Shown here: one piece after another, positions 32,801 to 47,800 of the stretch
Layout: each line of letters opens with the position of its first letter
Numbering within the stretch: the first letter of the stretch is position 1
From: Phoronis australis
Taxonomy: Eukaryota > Animalia > Phoronida
Assembly: GCA_002633005.1 (NCBI GenBank)
Contig: NMRA01000018.1
Location: forward strand, 505,846-569,845
Direction of reading: 5' to 3'
Length of the DNA stretch: 64,000 nt
Position numbers and translations under genes: made by a program
Notes under the pieces: model-generated
Seen by the model: only the letters and a program-made list of their open reading frames with translations
Told to the model about the DNA's origin: nothing
The model's database searches: none

Positions 32801-35800
32801 CATACGATAGTCTCGAAAATTGCATTTTTTAGACGGCATTTGTGGAATAACTTAAGCGCTGCTTGAACTTATTAACTGGGCTTTTGTTAAATTAGGCCAA
32901 CCAGTAGGTTCATCATTTACTAATGATCTCAATCAGACTGGAAAGTTATTCGCACGTAACAGTTGCACACACAGAGTTCGTGATTAGGCTACATTTATCT
33001 CCCGGGTCGACCGAGATTTGAAATGAGCAATTAATCACAATAGATTTGAAAACATTTGAGTTCTTGACAACGGTCTCGTGAAATCACCCTTTCAAAGTCA
33101 AAAATATTGTTTTAGTTTCAGCCGTCAGAAACTTTATGGTTGTCATGTTCCACTGATTTACCGAACGTACAAGTTACATGCTCAAATGAACACCCATGCG
33201 CTTGCACAGTTCAGCTAAAATTTGGACGTAAGAGGCCACTGCTTAAGTGATCGCTCACCCCCGAATTTTGACAATTTTCGGTTTAAGCGCCCACTGCCTT
33301 GGTTAATCGCAAACCCCCTGTCTCAGGGTTTCCCAATTAAGCGTCCAGGGCGTTAACTCGTGAGTTTAAGGTAATAATTTGTCATAAATTGATTAGGAGA
33401 ATATTGTGTTATTTACTCTTCAAATCTTTTTCAGTTCGACATATCTCATTTCTCTTTTAAATCTCGCGTTTGTTCAGTTGGTCTTTGATTTTCAACATAG
33501 AATAGCACATATATGAATTCGACCACTCGCTGTCACAATCAGTTAAAGCAGCGATAAACCTGCATTCCACCCAAGAAGAGAACTCTTGATTTTGACCACA
33601 TACCACTGTAACATTAGTCTCAAAAGTGATTTCTGGTCTTGAAAGAACTTGTTTTTTATTCATTGAAACCGTGCTCTTCGCATAAGTTGACATGCCATGA
33701 CTGGTTCTCTTGTAGAGCCTGTTCTAAAATTATAACAAATTGTAAGCTCTGAAATCATCTCCCATTTGATTATCTATTGGAACAATTTGAGGCCACTTTG
33801 AGCAATAGCCACTTTCAAGGCTCCCGGATTTCCAGAACCAGTTTGATGTTCGTTATTCAGTAGACAAATCTGGTTCTCAAAATGCGGAACACATGTAAGT
33901 GATTATTTCTCTGAATTCATTATGGTTAGTGGTCTAAAGCCAAAGGTGTTTTTTTTTGTGATGGATGGCGGGTTTATAGCTGTATTAAACTTGACGATAC
34001 ATCATATTCCGAATCTGAACTTTGTGTTACTAGACAGTATACCTGTGTTTAGCTGATCCGATAACCACTGTACCACCTAATGGAAATTTTAGTTCTTTGT
34101 GCACACCATTACATAGTCTTGAATCCTCAGTAGATTTTCATAAAATTTAGTAGATATAGAGAGCAGTGCTGGATTCAGCTCACCAATGCGACTTCAGATT
34201 GTGTTTGGCAAGCTGTATCTTCAAAGCGCCTTGTTGGGTGTTCATGAAATTTTGCGGACATGTTTGATCTAACTACTGCTGTGTCTCTTAATGACAATTT
34301 ATTATATTTTTTTTGCATTTGCCTCTGTGTCTTGAATGGATTTTCACAAAATTCAACAAATAGGCTTCTATTCAGGAGATGATACTATGTTTGACTTTTT
34401 GGATGGATATGACATAATCTGGGCCACCTAGTGGCTGTTTTTACCATTTTTCAGTGCTTTTTGTGTTTCTCTAAGGGTTAAACCACTCTTAGGATCATTA
34501 TAAAAATTGTCATGTGTTCATACTGCAAAGAGCTTTCGGACTACTGTGGCACCTCCTAGTGACAGTTTGGTTTTATTTTATATATTATCTTACGGTATTA
34601 CAGAATTGGTTAATCGCATGACACTTTTCATTGTTCATAGTCTTTATTCCATTATGTTCATACCTTCGGAATAAAACTCTACTCTCAACTGAACATAGAT
34701 AATAAAAGTAACTGACCTTCTGACCTACTGTATTATATGAAGTAATGGAAATCCACTGCAAGGAAAGAACCCCTACAAAACTTTTTTGTGACTTCGATAG
34801 GACAAATAATAATTAGTTGTTAGTGGTGAAAATAGTTGCAGTCTCTGAAAATTGGGGCTACCAAGTTGCACTGGCATGCTAGATATCAGAGTTTCACGAT
34901 GTCCCATTCTTCAAGTGGTTGTCATACCTTGCAAGAGACTTGTTTTGCACATAAACAGACACCTTGAGTTTGACTGGTCTGTTACTGTACAATTTTTGGC
35001 ATCACGTTACAATGCACACTTAGCGCTCGCAACGTGAAGAACAGTAACACGAGGCACAGTCAAAGCATAAACATAAAAACATGCTGATGTCTCAAATGAC
35101 GTGGCACAAATTACATTCAAAATCCCACCTCAAGCTCAAAGCAGTTAGGCAATTACGGGTTCAGGGTAGACACAGTCGTTAAAAAGCTACTGGCATGCAA
35201 ATTTCTGTTAAGAGCCGCAACGCTCAATCCGACTGTGGACCAATGCAGTGAGTTAGTCAACAAACAAGCCAGTAGATTTCCTGCAGTTACACTGTGCATC
35301 TCTTTGATTGTAGCATGTTGTTGCTGTCCACCACGACCCTAACCAGACTGTGCCTCTCCGCCTTTTTGATGATGCGCCAACTGAGTCTCTCAAACCGGGT
35401 GAGTATACTGTTATTTCTGCTCGGTGTTGACCTGTAATGCATTGGGTATCTTCAGAAGAAACTAAACATTCTAGTGTTTCGGTTAGGTTGGACTGTTTTT
35501 CAGGTCTGCTCAGTTCTTTGGTTCCTAGGTTGATATGTCAATTCTTGAATTCAGGGAATTGTCCCTTTACTTATTACAAAAGTGAATTTTTCATCCAGGT
35601 GCACTTGCAAATTTTCTTGGTATTCAGGAATTGAAAAAAGGTGAGGCTGCCATTGATTTTTATACATGAATTTTTATAGTATGATCCTTCTTGTTACAGA
35701 TAGCACTCTTCAGTCGACAATCACTCCCCGGCTTCTGGAGCTACAGAAGCAGAACGAGGAGTTAATGGGGCGGGAGCAGGGTCTGGCTCAACAACTGGAC

Positions 35801-38800
35801 AGCCTGAAGAGGGAGCATGAGGCTGTCCTTGCTCGTTTGCTGGAACAACCAAAAAAGGGGGTGGAACACAAGAAACTGCGGCAGAAGAAAGACGGTAGGG
35901 GGTTTGAGCATGCAGGCCACTTTGCAGAATTAATCTCTGAAAAATGGTGTAGGATCTAACACGACTGGCTTGTAAATAATCTCTCAATTCCAGCTGATTG
36001 GCGAAACCAATGCTCTTGTGTCGAAGAGTGTTTGTAACAACGGTTTGATTCGCTTAGTTGACATATTTCTTGATATCACATGTAAGCAGTCAGGGAAAGG
36101 AAGTGCAGGGCTCGATTACGCCAACGCGACCTCAAATTTTGTTTGGCATCCTGGTAAAAATCCTAGGTTGCCATGCAGACATCTGAGCAAGCTCTCAAAA
36201 TACAGACAGAAGCTGTGCCGATTGTCTGCTTTTGCCTTTAGATGAGTGTGCATGGGATATTGGTGGCCTCTAAGGGTGGAAATTGGTCGTTACTGAGCAC
36301 CTGAGTTACTCCTAATTTTCTGCTCGATTAAAATATATTTTGTTTATTTCATTTTCGGCACTTGCCAAGTATACATCGTTAGTAGGAGCTATTGGTTTCT
36401 GAGGTTTCCTTGTTTTGACGACCTCAGCACCTGTACTGTGACTTGGAAATGTTGCCGTTTCATTTCATTTGTGAGTTGATGTTATGCCAAGTGTTGAATG
36501 TCGTGGCTCATCAGTGACCTGATTTTCTCCCTCAGTCTGTAAATGTCCCAGTTGGTTCGATTGTTGGCTCAGGGTGTTTCACCTGTCGTTCTCTTACCAA
36601 GTGATTGAGAAGTTACTGTCAGTATTGAATTTGGAGCATTGTTTGCCAACTTGCCTTTTTGTGGGTGCAACTGCATCAGTTTTATGAAGGGACATGCTCC
36701 CTTTCTAAGACTGTCTTATCTTAGATTTTTAGAGGCATACAGTTGACCGCAGAAGTCTCCATTGTAGGGCCTTATCGGCGAGTCTGCATTTTGCCAAATG
36801 TCTTCAAAATTATAGAATTTAAATAAAGTCTGCATATTTTCTGAATGCACATAATGAGTAGAATTAGATTTTTGTCGTTAACTTAGTACCATTTAGCACC
36901 AGTCTTCTAGTATTTGGGTCACACAAAAAATTAGTTTTAGTAAAATTTAGGAAAAAGAGCGGTACCATCATGTTTGGAGCGAGTGGACTTCACTGCCACA
37001 CAATGACAGGGAGGGAATGATGGATAATTTATGACAAACAGCTGAAGAGGTGAAAATGCTATTCCCTGAATTAGTAGCATTTTGCTGAAATGATGAGATG
37101 AGATTTTGCCCAGCTGCTCTTGGCTCGTACTATACCTCCTGAACCAGTATCATTCATTGCAGATGCCACAGATCAGATCCTGAGGCAGCATGAGGAGCTG
37201 ATTCGAACACTGCAGGAGAGGATCCTCACAGCAGAACAGGAGAATGAAGAACTGCACAGGACAAACCAGGAAATGACAGAGGAGCTGCATGTCCTCAAGA
37301 TGAGGCATTTCACAGAATGTGAGTGCAGCAATTGATGGATGGGTGTTGAATTTCACTCAGTACCTTTTGACATGATTTAGTGAGTCTCACAAAACATAGA
37401 CTTCTTTTTTGTGTTTCGTGGTGCCCACACACCATTTTGCAAACTATATTGTGAGTTAGTATTTTGTGCATGTAGGTACACTTTGGTAGTAGCATAAGTT
37501 GGTATAAGTGAGAATAATGACTCAAAGAAAATGAAAATTATGACCTAAAATCCTCTTGCAAAGTGAAGCTGTCTTGTACTCTGTGCAGCTCCGGACGGCA
37601 GTCCGCGTCAAGTCAGCGTTCTCCGTCGACAGATTGAGGACATGAAAGAGGAAAGTGGTGTTCTGAAGCAGACGGTGCATCGATTGAATGTTGAACTGAG
37701 CCGATACCAGGCTCAGTATTCACCGCCCATGAGGGAGGTATGTAGAGCTGAGTTGATACCAGGCTCAGTATTCACTGCCCATGAGGGAAGTATGTAGAGC
37801 TGAGTTGATACCAAGCTCAGTATTCACCACCCATGAGGGAAGTATTCAACACCTTCGAGCAAGGTGCGTATAACTGAACCAATACCTGGCTCAGCACTGA
37901 GCACCTATGAGGAAGGTATATGGTGTTGATGTGATATGCTCTGTACTCATTGCCCATGAGAGCGATGTGTTGTGCTGACTTGATATGAAGCTAAATAGAG
38001 ATGTATTTAGAGCCGAGTTGATACCATATCCAGTACTCTCGAGTCTGTGAGGGAAGTATGGGTATGTATTGCTGAACCAATATGAGGCTCAGTGCTCACT
38101 GCTCAACAGACTAGAAATATTATGTAGAGGTGAGCTGGAAGTGGGGAGTTATAATAAAATGAGTTGTACCAGATTTAAAGGGAATTGTAAGATGGAATGA
38201 AATGTTTCATTTTTCATAATGGGCAATGAGACGGTATTAAAATACAGAGATTCTGTTTCTCTAGCGAACAGCAGATGATGCTGCGTGTCACTTCCAGATG
38301 AATATTTGCACGCGGCCATGGTGACTTACAACATTTTTTAGATTTGCCTGCAGCTGAGGAGATGTTGCCTCTTTCACGGGCATTTTCAAGTTTTGTAGCG
38401 AGATCACTGTATTGATTTTACTGTGTTGGAATCGATTTTCGATTGGATGTTTTCCTTTAACGTCCTGGAATCGTTGCAACACAGTGCTTACCTCATTAGT
38501 TAGTTGGTAGTCATGACAGCATCACAAGAACCTGAAAACGAATGCACATCAAAAGATAGCAAGATCACACATTGCATTTGTTGTTTTTGTTCTTACTGAC
38601 TAAACTTTATGTTTTCAGACAAGCAATTTTGTTGGTTTACCCACAAAGGGACCCATACCATCATGGATGGTAGGTTATCTTTTAGAGACTTACCTGAACA
38701 GTCTTTGTTGCGTTGCTCATGTTTTGAAATAAATGTTTGAAGCGGCAAAAAACCCACATTCTGTCGAAGAAATTAAAGTTTGATATACACCACTTACTGC

Positions 38801-41800
38801 TATGAAATGGATCGCAACTTGTTCCGAGAGGTGCTTTTTATGCGCCCACATATTTATAATATGTAGGCGCATTATTTGTCTTGCAAAGAACAGACAGTTT
38901 GTTATGGTTCAAGGCCATGCTCTACGAATAAAATAGCACGCTCTTACAACTTGTAAAGCCTGGTCTCCAGCATTAAGGAAAATATGTTATTTCTTTTCAA
39001 GCCCAAAAGTCATCTATTTTGATCAAGGAACAGTTTGAGACCAATTTCATTATGGCGTGTGGTCTTGATAAAAGAGTGCCTTTTATGATGGAGTGTGGGT
39101 TTACATGTGCTGTAACTGTTATGTCTTGATGCAGTGCTACCCTTCATGTGCTTGGCATCTACTTGTCATGCCATCTTTGTGTAGTCAGGTGGTTACTAGC
39201 CATCTGATCACATACCCACTTCGATTGCTCATTGCTGATTAATTGTACGTGTGAAGGCTTTTTGTTGAGTCATTAATATTCTACCTTGTCTTGTTAGTCT
39301 TTTCACTGTGAGCCACGTTGTAGAGTGTGAACTACAAATTATGTTAGATTGCTACCCCGATTACCAGTTGTCTTTGGTGTCTCCAGTTTCAAAGCAAAAT
39401 CCATTGTTTCCAGAACTAGTCGGGGTTGTGTGGCTACAGCTGTTCTTGTTAACAAGGCTCATAGTACACGCAGTGGTGTTGTTAGTTGCTTAGACTTTCA
39501 TCAACTCGCTCAAATTCATGGTATACTCTTCTGTCCGCTGGTGTACAACCAGTTATAAGTTGCCAAATGTGTAGACATTGCAACAAAAGAATACAAAATT
39601 AAAGCAGTGCATGTACGTGACTGCACACCATGGAGACCAAGAATTTGAGTGGATTTTTTATGTACTAACTGTTCAGCAGACAACACTGCGGTGTGTCCAT
39701 TGAGTCTGGAGAGCCGGTGAAAGCTTGCAGCTATTCTTTGTCTGTGTGTAGTGCCAGAGTCCACTGTCTCGTCTACTTGCTTTGCAGATCAACACCAAGT
39801 ATCTGTCACCGCTGTTCCTGGCGTATGACGAACAACTTCGGGAACGGACAGAACTTGTGCACCAATGTGAGGTGAGCCGTGCACTGCAGGATGCGTTACT
39901 GCAGCTGTAATGCATGGGTCTGGCTGGAGAGATGTTTTTGTTAGGGGTGCAGAATAATTCAATGGATAGGTGTTCAGAATTATTTGAAGCAACATATATC
40001 GGAAAAGAAAATTCCTTGTTGTGTACATTCACTAATTAACTGTCATCTGTTTTTAGTATTTGATGTTACCTGGTTGGGTCAGAAAAGCATTTCTGTTTTT
40101 GGAAAATTGAATCGATGGCGCAGTGTCATTAGTTACTCACTTTTTATGAAAAATCTGCCAGAGATGAGCAAATACGGTGCATGATTTGTGGTTCTTTTAC
40201 TTTTCGCTTAAACAATCATGCCATTTCAAACCTTGCCTACTTAGCTAACTTTGAGGAACCTTATTTATTAAGGTTGTTTAGACATACATACCCCTTATTT
40301 AATATTTTTCTACAGCCTTGAATTTCCTTACTCCCTTGCTGACATTTATCAGTGAGGTTGAACAATGTCGCTCAATAATAATAGTCAAAATGTACATGTA
40401 AATAAAGCATGTCTGAAGATCTTGAATAACCTCGTTGGGCTAGTCACTTTTCAACGTTGAAATCCAAGCTTGTAAAACCTTGTCCTCTTAGTAACCATTG
40501 TTTTCCAAGCTGGAATAAGCTTGCTGGTCAGCAGTATAATTCAAACTTGCCACACACCAGTCGTCTTGAATAACCATGCTGAACAGTCTGGAACAACCTT
40601 GAAATCTGTGCAACGTAGCAGTACTGAATTGATATAAAGTATTAAGTGTAAAATTAAGAAGAGGTTATCACATGAATCCATATTATGACCGAGGAGTTCA
40701 CGATGTCAAGGTTGGCGCATTTAATGTTAATTTCTGTCATAAGATTAGAACACAGACTGACAGTTTTGCATGGACAGGTTTAGGAAAGACATTTTTTTGA
40801 TTCTCATATTTAACTTGATTATATTTTACGTAAGGAGCAAGAAAATTCAGCATCGTGATCAATAAGATTTCACGAGAATATGTAGTTTGCTTGAAAATGC
40901 TTTATCAGTAATCATGATTAAATATGGTAGTACAAAAAGCTTAATATTTGCTAACCTTGAAAAATTCAATTTGGCCATCTTGAACATGAAGACAATACTT
41001 TCCAAGTTGAAAAAGGTAAGAACGGATTATCCAAGTTTATGGAATTATCCCTCGTCAACCCTAAAAATTTAGAGAAATTTTGAAAACTTACAAAATCCAT
41101 TAAACAAGCAAGCGTGTCATGCGCATCACAACTGTTCTTAACTATTAAACTTAAAGCAATCTTATTTGAGCTCTTTAGGACATACCCCTTATTTGATATT
41201 TTCTCCAACCAGATTGAAAAAGGTTGTTAGTTGAGGATTATTTAAGCTTGGTGATCACCTCAAATCACCCAAAGCACTTAATGTATTTTTTTAACCCTAA
41301 CATCATGCACGCGGTAAATGTCTTGAATACGAATTGTGAATTCATTAAAATTGTGTAAGTCATTTGCTGGAGAATATAGTGAATGCCTGTGACACATAGT
41401 TTGTGCAGTAAATCATTACTGCTGCAAGTGAGTTTGCTGTTCATAAATGTGCATGTTTTTATATCGTGTCCATTATGTTGTGGTTCGTGAGCTGTGATGC
41501 GATGGTTTACAGGGGTGATTCAGTGAGTCATGTTGATACTTTGTCTGGTACCCTTGGCGATATTCGCCTTCTATTGTCTTTGTCTAGTTAATATCTGTAG
41601 TCTTTGATCTGCAGTCCATCGAATATACACCTGAATCCAGTGTCCAAGGCTTGGCCACCTTTGCTAATATTGCTTTTAGTTTATAGTATTATGTTGTTGA
41701 CATCAACCTGTTTCTTATTATACAGAGTGACCTCGAAGAGTTTCGCGAGAGAATGGAAGAGATTGTGAAAGAGAACGAACGCTTGCACATTCGCCTGGAG

Positions 41801-44800
41801 CAGGCGAGTATGGCTGGACCAGCTTCCATCCCCGAGTGGTAAGTGGAGCTTCTTTGTCTGTGCCTGCAATGAAAAGACATGGAGACTGGTTATGACTGGC
41901 AGATATACAAATTGCCCTGAAGAGGACGGAAAGCTCTTAGTGTAATGTGCTTTATGTGACAAAATAATTTTGATTAAGGCTACTTGCCCGTTGTGAAGCT
42001 GGTCTCAAAATTATTGTTGTTTACTCGAAATAGGTGAGATTTCTGGGCTTAGAGAGAACTGATTGATGTTACTTTTTCAGACCAGGGTTGTAAAATGTAG
42101 TGTTACGGTGTGATTGTGATCAGACCAGGGTTGTAAAATGTAACGTTACGGTGTGACTGTGATCAGACCAGGGTTGTAAAATGTAATGTTACGGTGTGAC
42201 CGTGATCAGACCAGGTTTGTAAAGTGTAACGTTACGGTGTGACCGTGATCAGACCAGGGTTGTAAAATGTAANGTTAACATGTTTTGCTTCTAAGGTTGT
42301 GTTTTGTGCATTTTGGTATCAGGCAGCAGATACAAGAGCAAGCCAAACTAGTTCTTGAAGAGAACCAACTGTTGATGGAGCAGATTGAAGTACATGAGAA
42401 CAAAGCTAGGGACACACACAGGGCTCACATGCAAGAAGGTAGGGGCTGTTGAGGTTAGTAAGAAAGGAATTTGCAAAACATGAAGCATAACTTCTCGTAC
42501 AGGTGAGAATGACAACAATTCGGAGCACAATTTTATTTTTCTGATTTCCATAATAATTTTTGTCGCAGGTTTGATAAACCTAGATAAAGTTTGACCTTTT
42601 TGCCGAAATAAAGCTCGTGATCGTAGCAAGAGGGGAGATCAGTTCTTGGCAGTGCAGGGAAACATGGCTTCGGGGGAAGCAGGGGTCCGGTATGAGCTAT
42701 ATTGCTCATTGTTGGTATAAGGGTGACATACAGCTGTTAAGAATGCAGCTTGAGGACTGGTGCATCAAGAGGAGACGTGGGATGTGTGCATGGTTGTCAT
42801 GGAACTTGATAGTAACAAGTAGGCGTGAAAGTAGGGCTTTACAAGCAAGGAGGTTAGGTAGTGACAATGGTGTAGGAATTGGTTGAGCTATGATAGGGTG
42901 TAAAGAGACAGTGATTCTCGATAATTCAAATTATTCTGCCGTGATTGACTGGCCTTGTTGATATTCATACGTTGTTTCTTGAGACCTCTACGCCGTGTTA
43001 AATGAGTTTTTCTTTCCCTCATAGTTGCTCACCTGTCCAAGAGAATAATGCTTGTGGAAGGGGAGAAGACTGACGTTGAAGCAGAACTCCAAGAGGTGCG
43101 ACAGAGACTGGCAACTACCAAGCGTCAGTACGACACGGCCCTGGCAGATTCCCAAAGTAGGATACCAGCCTACGACCATCAGTCGGCCGTAGAAGATCTA
43201 CAGAGGTGAGCGAGCCATTGTGAGCATAACTCACAGTAAGATTATGCGTTTATTTAGTCGTGTATGGGTCAGACATACTTTTTTCTTTGTAAAGATAAAA
43301 AGAATTAGGGAACGTGTCTGGCACGAGAGATTGTCATGACAATATTATTTTTTATCCCATACGCGTTGAATCAGCCGAGGGAAATATGGCCATGTAATAA
43401 TGTTTTCCGTATTCACCTCCCGCACTACTTCAACAGTGACCTCTGACATGAAAAGTTCAAAAGGTAGGTCAATGTTGACTCAACGTCGTTAGCCAGTGAG
43501 ATCGCAATTGTAGCAGTGTAAATACCACTCAAAATGCAATCAAGTCTCAATCGTAACATCTGGAACAGGGCTGTTAATTATATGACAGTTCTGTCTCAGT
43601 TTTCAATTGCTAAATAAGATGTCATCCGCAACTCAGGTGCCGATTCCTCGGTAACTAAAATATGAAATATTGTTGTTATTTAACTATTTTCAGGAGATGT
43701 TACAAGTTCAATGCACAGTTACAGTTGCTTTCATCTTGGTTATCTGTTTTCAAGTAATAAATCATTACATTTAAAACTGTGTCTTTTTCTAGAGAAAACT
43801 TGAAACCTAACGTGCAAGTACATGCATATAGGATGCGATCCACCACGTAAACAGTCTGAGTGAAGTATTTAAAAACTCTGCGGAAAAAATAAAATAAAAT
43901 TAGGAATTCAAAGTGTATGGGATAAATACAACTCGACTTTATTCTGCCTATTGACCTCGACCTTCGGTCTCTGTCGATACGCGGAATAATGTCTCGTGTG
44001 ATCTTACTTCATGTACGCCAAGTTGTTTGTAATAACTGGAAAATTATCCTGTTCTTATTTCAGAACTTTGAATGAGAGTCAGTTGGAACATTCCAAGGAA
44101 GTGGAAGAGTTGAAAGCGCGTTACAAGGTACGTGCGGTGTTTTTTGTCTGGCTCCCTGAAACATACTGATGTAGTGGTGGGAAATATCTATGCACTCGAG
44201 AAATAAATTGAGCTTTTTTAAACTGAAAGGGTTTTAACTGCATTGGCATCAGGTTAAATAAGTTATATAGTTAAGAAATTTGATGTTACCTTCTCTTGGA
44301 ATCTTCTAGGAATCCGGTAAACAATCACATGACTGGTTCAACCAATGGTGTTACTTTTATTCTTAACTTATTGTAGGCCAGTCATTTGGAACAGAAGAAT
44401 CTGGCCAATCGTGTGGCAGATCTCATCAGTGACAATAAACATGTGGAGGAGGAGATGAAGAGTTGGGAGAAACAGAACAAGTATGGAACAGATTCTGAGT
44501 TGGATTGTGTGTTACTGCTCCCATGTAGTGTTTTAGTTTGGATTTGGGGATGAGGCTATGTTCAAAAGTATACAATGTTCTCTGATCACTATAATTTGGT
44601 AGTAATCTTTCTTGTATACCTATTTCAATGAGGACACGACTTTGATCTGTTTGTACTAGTTTAATGTCAGTTCTTTCAAACTCTCTAAATAGAGATCTTG
44701 TGTTTGCATCACAACAGTGCAATAAAAATCCAACCTATTGATGTTGTTTGGATTTTTATTGCCCTGTTGTGATGTAAACACAAGATCTCTGTTTAGAGAG

Positions 44801-47800
44801 TTCGAAAGAACTGAAATTAAACTTGTAAAAACAGATCAAAGCCGTGTCTTCAATGAAAAATGTTCTCTGATGAAAACAAAGAAGGGGATTTTAAGTGTTG
44901 GAAACTGGAAAACTGAGATTGTGTAGTATTAATGTATCTCAAGCATTGCTAAGTCTGGTCAGCACGCCACCTATGGCCATATCACGCGACCTAATGAACA
45001 CAAATCTGAAAATATTTATGCCCCGACCAGGACTCGAACCCAGGACCTTCTAGACGTGCAGACGCAGTGTATATAAATGTATATAAATCTCAGGAGTTAT
45101 GGGCAAGATGCCCACTACTGGGTCTGATTGGATATCTGTGTTTGATCGCTAGTCCTGATGGCTGAGTGAACTAGAGCTTCTGCATGTTCAGCAGATGGTC
45201 CGGTTGGGGCAGAAATCTTTTGAGACTTCTATTCATTAGGTCAAGTGATGTAGCCAACAGGTGGCGTGCTGACCAGACTTCGAAATGTTTGCGATAAGTG
45301 TTTCTACGGTGGTTTAAGATTCATGTATATTATATGAATGTATCTGTAGTCAACTGGTCATATTTGTAGTTTTATCCATGGCTGTGTCTGTGAGCTTATG
45401 TTTCTTGAATCGTAACGTGTCTGCACATTGTTAAACGAGTCTAGTAATTGAAGAATATCAGCTGCACACAATTTGTTATCTACCTATTGCTAGGTGATAT
45501 TGAAGCTGAGACCAGGAGTTCTTAGATTTGGATGTTGTATACGTCATGTAAGTTATGACTCCCATCTGTTCATCCCATGAACTCGTTTCTCACTAGGCGT
45601 CTTCAGAAGAAGGTGGCACTATTACAGAATGCTCTGGAAAAATCCGAAAGTCAAGGTCTATCAGCCAGCCACTACCTTTCCTCAGTTGTTAAAATGGTCA
45701 GTGAAATTTGGCGCCTACCTTCGAGTGTTTTTGAACTTCTGTGTGTGGAATTGAGATGATAACAGGACTTCAAGTCATCTACATTTTGTTTTTAACTAAT
45801 AGAGGGCACACCAGGTGGCTGAACAAGTCCAGTTTATACCAGACTAGAGTCAGAAGTACACAGCATTCTTTTCAATAAACAGTTTTGAATGTGACATGGT
45901 CTGGTATCATTTGTTGTCGCAAAAACATCTGGACCTCTTGGACTTGCCACATGTTATTCCTGTATTTTGATATGTTATTAGGAGTTGTGTAGCTGATGGG
46001 CTTTTAATAAGTTGTTGATCTTTACGCTTGGGTTTTAATTTCGATTTTGATTGATGATGTTAAATCCTGAAAATTTAAAGCAAAATTTTCAAAAGTTGCT
46101 TACTTGCGTGAGGCTCAGTACTATCAGTTTCTTGTGTATTCTTATTAATTTTGTTTCTTCTTGTCTATCTAGGCTGAAAAGACAGCTCTGGAAAGGGATA
46201 CATTTGCAGAGGCTGTAAGTTGATTTTATCTTAGTATTGAAAAAAACTTAAACATCTATTTTTTCCAATTCTTTGCTGAAGTCATGAAGAAATTGATTCA
46301 ACAGCAAATTTGACAATGAAGGTGTATTCCCACTTTGATACTTCAGGGCTTTGCAAAATGTTATTGTGGCTGCAGAATTGTATTTTTCTTTGACATAGTC
46401 CCGAACCTGACAGACCACTAGTCTCGTTTTCTGTGAATGAGTATTTTAGACATTGTTCAAAAGTTGCACCGCAGCGTCATCATGGTCAGACCATCCATAC
46501 CCTTTTACTGACCTGTCACAAAACATCACAATCTCTTGCAAACATTCAAACTGTTCGCTCAATTATTTTGTATGGTTGCCATTGGATACGGACTCTGAAA
46601 ATGACATGTGTCCCCAGGTAATGAAAGAGGAACATGAGAAGAAGAAAGTGTATAACAAAGTGGTGGAGGGAAGTGTGGTTGTGGGACGGTTAGAGGAAAA
46701 ACTACGGTCGTATAAACAGAAAGCGAATGACAAACTGGCATCTGCGGCCACGAGGTAAGGAGTGAGATGGAGGACGAATGCTCCGTTTTCAACAAAGACA
46801 ATTTGACCATCATCTTTGTCTGTTCATGGATAAATCTAAAGGCCTTTTTGTCCAAAATTGTTTTGATAGTAGAAGTCGATGGTAATTATAAGCACATGAT
46901 TATGTAGTATTGTAGTCACTGTTGACTAATAGGCTTATGCAAACTGGGCGGTTTTAATTATGTGGTATGAATTTTTTGGAAACAATATTCGGTGCGACTC
47001 GTGTCCCTTGTCTAAACAGGTTAAAGGAACAAGATGACGAGTTCAACAGGAAGTGTCAGGTTTACGAGCGCGAAATCAAACATTTAAGGCTACTAGTGCA
47101 GGAGAAGGATAGTCGACTCAGTGTGTTGGCCGGCGAAAAGCAGTAAGTTGGTTTTACCTGTGGTAAAGTAGTGCCAGTGTAAAGGTTTTGTGGTCTGAGT
47201 TTCAATGAGTCCAGAGTGTTTGTAGTGGACCTGTCAACTTAATCACAGTGACTGTAGTACTATAGAATGAAGTAATTATGAGAGGTTATGTAAGACCTTA
47301 TCGGCAAGCCTGACTGTGCATTCAGTCGATTACGCAAACTATGAAATTTTATTCTGAAAAAGTATATCTTTTCTGAAAATAGAAAGCCAGACTACCATTG
47401 ATTGGGTCAAGTGACCAGGTGCATTCATAGCAAAACAACAGTATCATAATGTGACCAAATTTTATTAATATAAATTTTCAATGTGAAATCCCAAAAACTC
47501 TGTTTACATATTTCGTTTTTGTTTCATGTGATTTTTTCTTAAAAAAGTCACAATAGTTTTATAATAGTATTTTGGAAAACAGTGCATAAATAGAAAATCC
47601 TACACGAGTCTCAGGTTTATGACATGGGCAAAAACTTTTGGAAATTTTGTCAAAGCCCTGAGGCTTGCTGTCGGGATTTTGATGAAATTTCATGAGGTTT
47701 TGCCTATGTCATAAATCTGAGACCAGTGTAGGATTTGTTTTCTCACATGAATTATAAAAACGATTTTTTTTGGTGAAAAATCAGATGTGTCTAAAACTTT

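Noticed and set aside
40860-41215. Coding-like stretch in a CEP89 intron
   Set aside because: Contains stops, is not needed for the CEP89 frame, and I cannot assign it to a family; probably a TE relic.
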